Source: Staphylothermus hellenicus DSM 12710
Lineage (GTDB): Archaea > Thermoproteota > Thermoprotei_A > Sulfolobales > Desulfurococcaceae
Direction of reading: 5' to 3'
Assembly: GCF_000092465.1 (NCBI RefSeq)
Contig: NC_014205.1
Coordinates: 420,001 to 452,000, forward strand
Length of the DNA stretch: 32,000 bases
A program made the position numbers and the translations under genes. A model generated the notes under the pieces. That model worked only from the letters and a program-made list of their open reading frames with translations. It did not search any database and was not told the origin of the DNA. Position 1 is the stretch's first letter. Each line of letters opens with the position of its first letter. Below are positions 24,562-32,000 of the stretch, one piece after another.

Positions 24562-26463
24562 GTGTATGCATTGGAAACAGGAATAGATGTTTGGAAACTG
24601 CTTAAGGAGGAAGTTTTAAGGCCCGTAGATAAAGTTCTCTCATATGATTTAGAGGCTCTCCGCAGAACTAGTGAGGACAAAAGGGAGAGGCTATGGGGCG
24701 AGGTAGTGGATGCTCATGAAAAATTTGAAGAATTCATGTCCGAGCTTCCCGGTGCGGTAAGGAGGGAGGTTTTGGGCGAAATAGAGCTTGCAAAGCTACT
24801 GCTCGCCACAGCTGCAAAGGTGAATGGCGAGAACAACCCAATAATTGATTTATTCAGCTCTGAGGAGCTTAAGCTCGTGGAGAGGTTTGAGAGGTATAGT
24901 GTTTTCGATATTCTAACTATTGATGAGATTGTTGAGAGAGTTGCGAGGAGGGATGAGATCTATGACCTGATCATGGAATACTATAAGAATGAGTACTCCG
25001 ATCTCGACAAGATCCTTGAGGATCCGAGGATCAGGAGAAGCCTAAGATATGCTTTCAAGAAGAGGTATAAGAAGAGGCTGGACAAGGTTAAGGAGGGGGT
25101 TAAAGCATATGTTGAGAAATACGGCCCCATCATCATGGTTAGGCAGATAGAGGAGAAAATATGGAGGAAGATAAAGGAGTCTGAAGAAGAGAGAAAAATG
25201 ATTATGGAAAGACTTAGGAGAAGGATGGAAGAGCTTTCCTTGAAGCTGAGGCCCCTCGAGGATGTTGAGAGAAAAAGCAGTGTCTTCATGGACAGACTCC
25301 ACGATATAGAAAGCAGTGTTTTCTTTGGAGAAAAGACCGGCTACGACGAGCATGAAAAGGATGAGCTACTGAGGAGATACCTTGATTTTGAAAAGCTTCT
25401 AGCCGAGCAGGTTGAGGCGATAGAGAAGGAGAAGAGAGAGCTTGAGAATAGGAGGAAGGAGCTGGAGAAAGCTGAACAAGAATATAGGAGAAAAGCTGAG
25501 GAGGAGGCGCAGAGGATTATTGAAAGCGAGCTCAGAAAGATCGAGGATCTAGGGAAGGAGCTGGCTAAGAAAAAGGAGGAGCTGGAGGAGGAGGTAAAGA
25601 ATGTAAGGATGAAGAGGCTTGAGATAGAGGAGACACTGAAGCAGGTAAGGGAGGCTGAGAAGGGAGAGTACCGCTTAGTTACAAGTGAGGATGCTAGGCT
25701 GGCAGAGCTAAACTTTATAGCAAGATTTGATGAGAAAATGCATGCCTTTCCACTGAGAATTCACTCCCCAATAGAGGGTAGAGAGTATGTTGTTAAATCA
25801 TGGCGTGAAGGAGAGAGGCTAAAGATGAGTGAGAGCGTGGCGGAGGGCATCCCATCAAACCTTAGGTTAAGATATGTTATCACCGAGAAAAAACATAAAT
25901 TCTTCGGGGAGAGAGTTAGGAAAGTCGTTATCGAGGCAATATCCTTCAACCATCTCAGAGAGTTTAAGGAATTCGGGTTTGATGCGAGGAAGGCAAATCT
26001 TGCAGAGTTTTTAAAGCTTGTAGAAGGAGCTATAGATAAAGCTGAAATCGGGAAATACTTCCACGTCATGGGCATAGCATCTCCAACAGGCTGGGATGAT
26101 AGAGTTGTAAGGGAAATATCATCAAGCGAGTTTGCAAGAAACTATGTAAGCAGATATATCTCAGTATGCCTAATAGATTCAATCACAGGAGACATCTACT
26201 ACAACCCCGCCGATGAAAGAATAACCAAATTCATCGAATTCTTCAAACCACAATTTAAAAGAGAAAGAGTTGAGAGCGTGAAAAAAACAATCCTCAACAA
26301 ACTTTCAACTAAAGGATATGTCGTCCTAGACGATGTAGTAAATGAGACTAGGGAGGAGAGAAGAATAGTGCTCAAAGCCTTCTACGACCTAGAGAAAGAA
26401 GGAAAGGGAAAGGTGAAGAATGTCAAGGATATTGGAACTGTGTTTGATGCTGAATCCATGTGA
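24562..26463 (+). CDS. Large coiled-coil protein with C-terminal globular domain, co-oriented with and 11 nt upstream of kinase 2
   Basis: 633 aa with a GTG start. A central ~150-aa E/K/R-rich coiled coil (EKEKRELENRRKELEKAEQEYRRKAEEEAQRIIESELRKIEDLGKELAKKKEELEEEVKN) is followed by a C-terminal ~250-aa mixed domain (HVMGIASPTGWDDRVV...) that ends in a possible winged-helix-like tail. Confidence 0.7.
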   Translation: MYALETGIDVWKLLKEEVLRPVDKVLSYDLEALRRTSEDKRERLWGEVVDAHEKFEEFMSELPGAVRREVLGEIELAKLLLATAAKVNGENNPIIDLFSSEELKLVERFERYSVFDILTIDEIVERVARRDEIYDLIMEYYKNEYSDLDKILEDPRIRRSLRYAFKKRYKKRLDKVKEGVKAYVEKYGPIIMVRQIEEKIWRKIKESEEERKMIMERLRRRMEELSLKLRPLEDVERKSSVFMDRLHDIESSVFFGEKTGYDEHEKDELLRRYLDFEKLLAEQVEAIEKEKRELENRRKELEKAEQEYRRKAEEEAQRIIESELRKIEDLGKELAKKKEELEEEVKNVRMKRLEIEETLKQVREAEKGEYRLVTSEDARLAELNFIARFDEKMHAFPLRIHSPIEGREYVVKSWREGERLKMSESVAEGIPSNLRLRYVITEKKHKFFGERVRKVVIEAISFNHLREFKEFGFDARKANLAEFLKLVEGAIDKAEIGKYFHVMGIASPTGWDDRVVREISSSEFARNYVSRYISVCLIDSITGDIYYNPADERITKFIEFFKPQFKRERVESVKKTILNKLSTKGYVVLDDVVNETREERRIVLKAFYDLEKEGKGKVKNVKDIGTVFDAESM

Positions 26464-26474
26464 AGAGGTGAGTT

Positions 26475-29312
26475 ATGGTTTTTGGATGGTTTAAAAAGAA
26501 GGGATCAGAAGAGCTTAAAAAGAAGGCAAAAATATTGAAAAGGAAAATAAACAAATTTACAACACTCCTATGGATCTATAAGACAGGCGGTTATGTTGAT
26601 GCTGTCTCAGTCTCAGCAGATGGTTCATATATTATAGCAGGATCAGATGATGGTAGGGTTTATTTCTTTAACAGGGATGGAGAGCTTTTATGGAGCTATG
26701 AGACAGATGATAAGGTTTATAGTGTCTCAGTCTCAGCAGATGCCTCTTATATTGTAGCGGGATCAGGGGATGGTGGGGTTTATTTCTTTAACAGGGATGG
26801 GCTCCTATGGATCTATAAGACAGGAGATCTTGTTCACAGTGTCTCAATATCATCAAATGCCTCATATATTATAGCAGGATCAGGGGATCATAATGTTTAC
26901 TTCTTCAATAGGGAAGGGAAACTCTTATGGAGCTATGAAACAGGCAATGATGTTCGAAGTGTCTCGATCTCATCAGATGGCTCGTACATTGTTGCGGAGT
27001 CAGGGTGGGTAGTTTATCTTTTCAATATGGAAGGAAAACTTCTATGGAGCCATAAGATAGGAAGTGATGTTTATGATGTCTCGGTTTCAGCAGATGGCTA
27101 TGTTGTAGCAGGATCGAAAGATTATAATGTTTATTTCTTCAGTAGAAGTGGAGAGCTCTTATGGAGCTATAAGACAGGAGGTCCCGTTTATAGTGTCTCA
27201 GTCTCAGCAGATGGTTCATATATTATAGCAGGATCAGATGATGGTAGGGTTTATTTCTTTAACAGGGATGGAGAGCTTTTATGGAGCTATGAGACAGATG
27301 ATAAGGTTTATAGTGTCTCAGTCTCAGCAGATGCCTCTTATATTGTAGCGGGATCAGGGGATGGTGGGGTTTACTTCTTTGGGTTTGATTCAGAAAAATA
27401 CTTGGCAAGGCTGTATGGTTCAACAATAGAGAAGTGGAGGGAGGAAGGCTATGATGTTTCTGAGCTGGAGGCTGAGATAAGTTATTCAAAAATAAAAGAT
27501 TATGAGGCGAGGATTCAGAGGCTGAAACAGCTTGAAAGCGAACTGAGCTCTCTGAATATAAAAGGGATGAACAAAATAAAGGCGAAATTAAAAGATCCTA
27601 GGAGAGTGGAGGAGCTGGAAGAAGAGGTTTCATTGCTGAAGCAGGCTTTAAAAGCTATTAATGCGGCACGAACGGCATTGATTGAGACAGGAAAACTATG
27701 TGATGTCTCAGAAGCTGAAGAAATACTGAGGAGAGCGGAATCAAAATTTGGGACTGGAGATTATGCCGGAGCTGTTTCTGATGCTAATGAATGTGGAAGA
27801 GTACTGGAAAAGATAAAGGAGAGATCGAAGCCAGAAATAGAGGTAGAATTACCCATAAAATCACTCAAACCAAACTACTGGAAGGCCTCCAGCCTAATCC
27901 TGAAGAACAAAGGGAATATGCATGCTGAGGATGTAAGAATAGAGTTCTCAAAAGAGGTTGAAGTAAGAGGTCTAAAAGAGTTGAGCATAAAGGCTGGAGA
28001 GGAGAAGAAAATAACCATTTCTCTGAAGCCTAAGGAGGTTGGAGAAGTTCCTGTGGAAGTAAGGGTATCCTATAAAGACGGTGTTGGAAGGGAATATTTC
28101 TCAGAGAGAACATTTATAATTCTAGTTTCTGAGGAGGTTCCTAAAACTCCTCCACCTGTAGTGGCAGAGACACTCCCTCCAGAATCGGTGAGCAAACACG
28201 TTACCCCAGGAATATCTCCGGCGGAATTCACTCCATCACCAACAACACCAAGGACATTTCCCCCAGAACTGGCAAGCAGATATACTGGTGTAGAATATGT
28301 TGGTAGGGGAGGTTTTGCAAGGGTTTTCAAGGCGAAAAGGAAGGATGGTAAGGTTGTGGCTGTGAAGATTCCAGCAGTACTGGATGAGGCTACTGGGAAA
28401 TCGTTTTTGAGGGAGATAGAGAATTGGACAAAGCTGAAGCATGAGAATATTGTCAGGGTTTATGATTACAACATATTGCCAATTCCATATTTTGAGATGG
28501 AATTATGTGATAAATCGCTTGCAGAACTTGATAAGCCAATGGATGTTAGGGAGGCTGCATGGATAGTGTTCAGAATAGCTGAGGGCTTGAAGTATGCTCA
28601 TGCAAGGGGGATAATTCATAGAGATTTAAAGCCTCAGAACATTATGTTAAAGGATGGAATACCGAAGATAAGCGACTGGGGGTTGAGCAAGGTCATAACT
28701 GAATCATCGTCAAGCCTTGCATCCTTTACACCATTATATGCTGCTCCAGAACAGATAACTGGGGGTGTGAAGGATCAGAGGACGGATATATGGCAGCTTG
28801 GAGTAATATTTTACGAGCTCGTCACCGGAGAACTACCATTTAAAGGCGATAACCCTGTAGAGGTAGGGATGGCGATAGCAACCAGAGAACCTATTAAACC
28901 ATCCAGGCTTAATCCTGAAGCTAAGGATGTTGAGCCAATTATAATGAAGTGCTTGGAGAAGAATAAGGAGAAGCGTTATCAAAGTATGGAAGAGCTTCAA
29001 AGAGATCTTGCCGAATACTTAAAGGTTGAATATAAGAGATCTCTTAGTGAGAGCAGAGCTAAGAAGGATATTGCGAGGTCAAAACTGTTCTGCGGAGATC
29101 TCGTCCTACTCTCAGCCATGCTCAGAGACTACCATGAAGTTTTAAAGCATCTCTCAGTCCTCAAGGACTATGCTGGAGAAGAAGGGAGAAAAGAAATAGA
29201 CATGTTGATCAAGGAGCTTGAGCTTAGAATTAAGAGGAAAATAGAGTTTGATGATGAGCTTGTTGAAAGGATAAAGGTTTTGGTATACAAGGTTAAGATG
29301 AGCAGGAAGTAG
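26475..29312 (+). CDS. Multidomain Hanks-type Ser/Thr kinase: 7-bladed beta-propeller, helical linker, CARDB-like beta-sandwich, Pro-rich linker, kinase, C-terminal helical domain (kinase 2)
   Basis: 945 aa. Seven repeats of about 40 aa (LLWSYETGxxVxSVSVSADGSYIxAGSxDxxVYFFNRDGE). Kinase motifs: VGRGGFARVFKA, VAVKIP, HRDLKPQN, DWG, YAAPE, DIWQLG, KRYQS. The kinase and C-terminal region is clearly paralogous to 17151-18731. GAGGTGA SD upstream. No TM helix or signal peptide. Confidence 0.9.
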   Translation: MVFGWFKKKGSEELKKKAKILKRKINKFTTLLWIYKTGGYVDAVSVSADGSYIIAGSDDGRVYFFNRDGELLWSYETDDKVYSVSVSADASYIVAGSGDGGVYFFNRDGLLWIYKTGDLVHSVSISSNASYIIAGSGDHNVYFFNREGKLLWSYETGNDVRSVSISSDGSYIVAESGWVVYLFNMEGKLLWSHKIGSDVYDVSVSADGYVVAGSKDYNVYFFSRSGELLWSYKTGGPVYSVSVSADGSYIIAGSDDGRVYFFNRDGELLWSYETDDKVYSVSVSADASYIVAGSGDGGVYFFGFDSEKYLARLYGSTIEKWREEGYDVSELEAEISYSKIKDYEARIQRLKQLESELSSLNIKGMNKIKAKLKDPRRVEELEEEVSLLKQALKAINAARTALIETGKLCDVSEAEEILRRAESKFGTGDYAGAVSDANECGRVLEKIKERSKPEIEVELPIKSLKPNYWKASSLILKNKGNMHAEDVRIEFSKEVEVRGLKELSIKAGEEKKITISLKPKEVGEVPVEVRVSYKDGVGREYFSERTFIILVSEEVPKTPPPVVAETLPPESVSKHVTPGISPAEFTPSPTTPRTFPPELASRYTGVEYVGRGGFARVFKAKRKDGKVVAVKIPAVLDEATGKSFLREIENWTKLKHENIVRVYDYNILPIPYFEMELCDKSLAELDKPMDVREAAWIVFRIAEGLKYAHARGIIHRDLKPQNIMLKDGIPKISDWGLSKVITESSSSLASFTPLYAAPEQITGGVKDQRTDIWQLGVIFYELVTGELPFKGDNPVEVGMAIATREPIKPSRLNPEAKDVEPIIMKCLEKNKEKRYQSMEELQRDLAEYLKVEYKRSLSESRAKKDIARSKLFCGDLVLLSAMLRDYHEVLKHLSVLKDYAGEEGRKEIDMLIKELELRIKRKIEFDDELVERIKVLVYKVKMSRK
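26603..26789 (+). repeat. Intragenic direct repeat, copy 1 (propeller blades 1-2)
   Basis: This 187-nt stretch is identical to 27194-27380 except for one base (26783 T versus 27374 C). Offset 591 nt, in frame. Confidence 0.95.
27194..27380 (+). repeat. Intragenic direct repeat, copy 2 (propeller blades 6-7)
   Basis: See copy 1. The encoded peptide VSVSADGSYIIAGSDDGRVYFFNRDGELLWSYETDDKVYSVSVSADASYIVAGSGDGGVYFF occurs twice. Confidence 0.95.
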
Positions 29313-29380
29313 TGGTGCTTAAAGCCTTCTATGACCTGGAGAAGAAGGAGAAAGGTAGTGGAATATATCAAGGATGTTAA
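29312..29380 (+). pseudogene. 3'-terminal remnant of a homolog of the 24562-26463 coiled-coil gene
   Basis: 29315-29378 aligns with 26368-26433 at roughly 80 percent identity by eye. The remnant reads VVLKAFYDLEKKEKGSG..., against RIVLKAFYDLEKEGKGK in the intact gene. It begins at the stop codon of kinase 2. Confidence 0.45.
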
Positions 29381-29621
29381 ATTTTGCTTAAACCTTGTCT
29401 GATACGAGTTTGCTTCATAACAATTATAACTTATCCTCTTCTCACCAGCTTATTGCCTTGTCAATCACCTCTGTTATTTCGGCCTTTCTTCTAATATATG
29501 TAAAATATGCTAGGTATCTATGCTAAGAATAAGCAGGAATGGCTACAACACCCTTATAAATCAGGTAATCGTTAATATGAGGGTAAAATCCCTCTTATTC
29601 ATCATTCCACTCTAAACAGCA

Positions 29622-29986
29622 TCAACTGCATAAGATTTTGCTTGTTCTGATAGTTTGAATATTTTCCGTTGACAAATTAATTTGAGACAATAGCTTTTCA
29701 GATTCTGCAATATTAAAACCCTTGAATTTCTCGAGAGAAATAGTGGATCTTGCATTTTCAGTAGAAGTTTGAACCATAAACAGGAATAACGTTGAAGGAG
29801 CAAACATTACTATCACTCTGACCCTGTTGTCATACAAGGCCCGCATGCTAAGAGTGAAACACTATTAATCAAATTGAAAAAGTAGACCTTCTTATCTCTT
29901 GATCCTGCCACAACATATATGCCATCCAATGAGGCCGAGACATTATCAACATGGTCTTCCATATTGTAGCTCCATAGATGCCCCAT
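29622..29986 (-). pseudogene. Frameshifted remnant of a propeller-containing (kinase-2-like) gene
   Basis: My minus-strand translation from 29986 gives MGHLWSYNMEDHVDNVSASLDGIYVVAGSRDKKVYFFN, one propeller blade of the kinase-2 type, then a stop. A second frame (track ORF 29622-29846) contains STISLEKFKGFNIAESEKLLSQI, which resembles STIEKWREEGYDVSELEAEIS directly after the propeller in kinase 2. Confidence 0.5.
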
Positions 29987-30144
29987 ATAAACCTCTTATC
30001 TACAGCCTTCCAATACATAAAAGAAGGCTGTAAAACATAAAGGTTATAAATTCATAGACAAATATATAAATGTTAGGCCCTTTGTTTGAATGTTGTGAAT
30101 GAAAAATATACTCGCCTTATAATAGTTGGCCTGGAGGCGGGTGT

Positions 30145-32000
30145 ATGGATGATCTGAGCAGGTCTCAGAATTTATCTTCTCAGAACTGTAATCTGTTCAT
30201 GGACACTGCAGTTATAAGTGATAATAAGCCTGTTTCTGAGAAATCCGAGATTGCATGTGTCATATCAAAAGCATTTAATATTGCAGCTAAAGATCATATA
30301 AAATTAGAATTAACCTCAATAATTGTGGGTATTATTTTATTAGTGTTCTCTATATTTCTATTAATTCTTGGAGGAGTTGGAGTAATCGATTTAGCTGCAG
30401 GATTAATTGGTATTGTAGTGTTGGCATGTATAGGAGCTTTTATTATATTATACGGTTTATTTATCCATAAACCTGATGAAATATCGATGCTTTCAAAAGT
30501 ATATGTTGTCAGTCATCTTATTCCATATAAACCAGGATCGGCGTTACTTTTCGATGGAACTGGTATAATACCAGAGCAGGTTATGGAATATAAAGATATA
30601 CCTCTTGCCAAAATCAAAGAGTTGTCTAGTAAATTACCTAGCTCACCAATATCATATAAAAACGAAACTGCATTGGTTGATATCTTGGATCAAATAAAAC
30701 AGCTTACAGGGAAAATTAAAAAATACCAATTTAAGGCACCTGTCGTGCCGAATAGCAACTTATATGTAAATGCAGTTCTTGACAGTCTTCCCTACTGTGT
30801 AAAGGGTGCCCCCTTAAGAAATCCTTTAGGAACAAAAATTTCTATACAAGATGCAGTTCAATATAGACAGGAAATTGAACGACTAGAAGAAGGTAAAGAA
30901 GCCATAGATACAATGAATGAGGTAAAGAATACTATAACACATAAATCAAAACCTTTCATAGACAATCTTATAAAATGTTTAAATGATATAGATTCCTATA
31001 TATCAAATATCGCAGAATTACTGAGAGAACGATTTATTAATGGGTTCAATATTCATGCGGATCCAAAAGCGGATGCTGAGTATGGTTATGAATACGTCAA
31101 TTCTAAATACCATATCAAAGTAGGATCATCAGAAAATAAAAACATTTCTAACCCCATCAACACTTTTCAGCGTGTGATTGATTATTTTGACGAGAGTATT
31201 AGAAGAGAAATTGGAAGAATAAGAAAGGATGGAGAAAGAAGAATTAAAGAGAGAAAAGAGAGAGCTGAGAGTGAAGAAAGGTTGATACGGCAAAACTACG
31301 ATTTGCAGATCGAGAGTAAAAAGTCGGAAAAATCAACCTATGAGAAGCAAGCAGAAAATGCATATAGAGAATATAGGTCCTCATATAATCAATATAAATC
31401 ATATTTGGAGGAGGCAAGGAGAGCGAGGAGTGGAGAGTATCCTGACTATGAGAAAGCTCAGCATTATGAGGAGATGGCTCAATACTATAAAATGCAAGCA
31501 GATGAATATTATTCTCAATATGAAGATGCGGAATCAAGGGCAGAAGCTTTAGAAAATATAATAAACAAACTTGAGAGCCGGAAAAAAAGGGAAATCAAGC
31601 AAATAAGAGATAAGGCAAGTCGGGATATAGCCAGTATTAAAGAGGAGATAAAAAATGAAATATTAGATCTAAGAAAATTTATTAACGAGATTATTGAAAA
31701 GAGAAATACCCAGATAGAAATGTTCGAAAAAATATATAATACTCTACTATCCTCAGAAAAGGAATTACAATCAGCACCATTTAATAATAGAAAGAATACA
31801 ATAATGGAATTACAAAGTTCAATATTTTCAGTTTTAGATGATAGAATAAAAGAGAGGTCTAAGGTTCTTCAACAAATTGGATCTTTCAAAATTAATATAG
31901 ATATGCAAAAACCAACCAGTATATACATTCCCTTCTGGATTATAATTGTAAAGAGGAAAAAAGGTCCTGAAACTATTATATTCCCCCCGTTAAAAATAAT
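30145..32000 (+). CDS. Membrane-anchored (2 TM) large coiled-coil protein, partial, continues past the right edge
   Basis: Absent from the ORF track because it has no stop in the window. My translation from the ATG at 30145 (GGAGG at 30133-30137; in-frame TGA at 30100-30102 upstream) runs 618 codons without a stop: MDDLSRSQNLSSQNCNLFMDTAVISDNKPVSEKSE...LTSIIVGIILLVFSIFLLILGGVGVIDLAAGLIGIVVLACIGAFIILYGLFIHKPDE... A long charged helical region follows, with a Tyr-rich stretch (AYREYRSSYNQYKSYLEEARRARSGEYPDYEKAQHYEEMAQYYKMQADEYYSQYEDAESRAEALE). Confidence 0.7.
   Translation, partial: MDDLSRSQNLSSQNCNLFMDTAVISDNKPVSEKSEIACVISKAFNIAAKDHIKLELTSIIVGIILLVFSIFLLILGGVGVIDLAAGLIGIVVLACIGAFIILYGLFIHKPDEISMLSKVYVVSHLIPYKPGSALLFDGTGIIPEQVMEYKDIPLAKIKELSSKLPSSPISYKNETALVDILDQIKQLTGKIKKYQFKAPVVPNSNLYVNAVLDSLPYCVKGAPLRNPLGTKISIQDAVQYRQEIERLEEGKEAIDTMNEVKNTITHKSKPFIDNLIKCLNDIDSYISNIAELLRERFINGFNIHADPKADAEYGYEYVNSKYHIKVGSSENKNISNPINTFQRVIDYFDESIRREIGRIRKDGERRIKERKERAESEERLIRQNYDLQIESKKSEKSTYEKQAENAYREYRSSYNQYKSYLEEARRARSGEYPDYEKAQHYEEMAQYYKMQADEYYSQYEDAESRAEALENIINKLESRKKREIKQIRDKASRDIASIKEEIKNEILDLRKFINEIIEKRNTQIEMFEKIYNTLLSSEKELQSAPFNNRKNTIMELQSSIFSVLDDRIKERSKVLQQIGSFKINIDMQKPTSIYIPFWIIIVKRKKGPETIIFPPLKI

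Noticed and set aside
17232-29371. Short shadow ORFs in the island, mostly antisense plus a few same-strand off-frame (17232-17612, 18234-18416, 19525-19710, 20240-20581, 20343-20540, 20996-21331, 24981-25353, 25761-26075, 27259-27489, 28070-28442, 29168-29371)
   Set aside because: They lie within or opposite kinase, AAA, ESCRT-III-like or coiled-coil genes. Purine-rich GAG/GAA coding strands give stop-poor complements, and the translations are Ser/Leu/Phe-rich.
31244-31552. Track ORFs 31244-31537 (-) and 31340-31552 (+)
   Set aside because: Both are nested in the 618-codon open frame starting at 30145, which the track missed because it has no stop within the window.

Overview
AT-rich archaeal chromosome segment. 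The gene content and a CRISPR repeat ending in ATTGAAGG suggest a hyperthermophilic crenarchaeote, possibly Desulfurococcales-like; this is inference only. Three blocks. (1) 1-12.6 kb is ordinary metabolism: a partial carboxyltransferase, an alkaline-phosphatase-superfamily enzyme, a sulfate-activation cluster (APS kinase, ATP sulfurylase flanked by two paralogous ribbon-helix-helix genes, a DASS-type anion permease), a metallophosphoesterase, a divergent class IIb aminoacyl-tRNA-synthetase paralog, archaeal phosphoglycerate mutase, deoxyribose-phosphate aldolase and a surface-anchored protein. (2) 12.6-15.9 kb is a small defence patch: a 3-repeat CRISPR mini-array read from the minus strand, a leader-like spacer region, an oppositely oriented repeat just upstream of a stand-alone cas6, a small ORF overlapping the cas6 stop, a vapBC pair, and a leader-plus-repeat vestige. 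(3) 16.1-32 kb is the most interesting part: an island with no recognisable metabolic role. Two paralogous Hanks-type Ser/Thr kinases with different cytoplasmic sensor-like domains bracket a minus-strand operon of two ESCRT-III-like proteins and a MIT-domain AAA+ ATPase (Vps4/CdvC-like). Large coiled-coil proteins, polytopic membrane proteins, a nearly perfect intragenic duplication and several gene remnants surround it. I propose this island as a candidate phospho-regulated membrane-remodelling (defence or repair) system distinct from canonical Cdv. That is an inference from motifs read by eye and needs profile and structure searches. All family calls come from manual motif reading of the supplied translations and my own translations. 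No database search was run.
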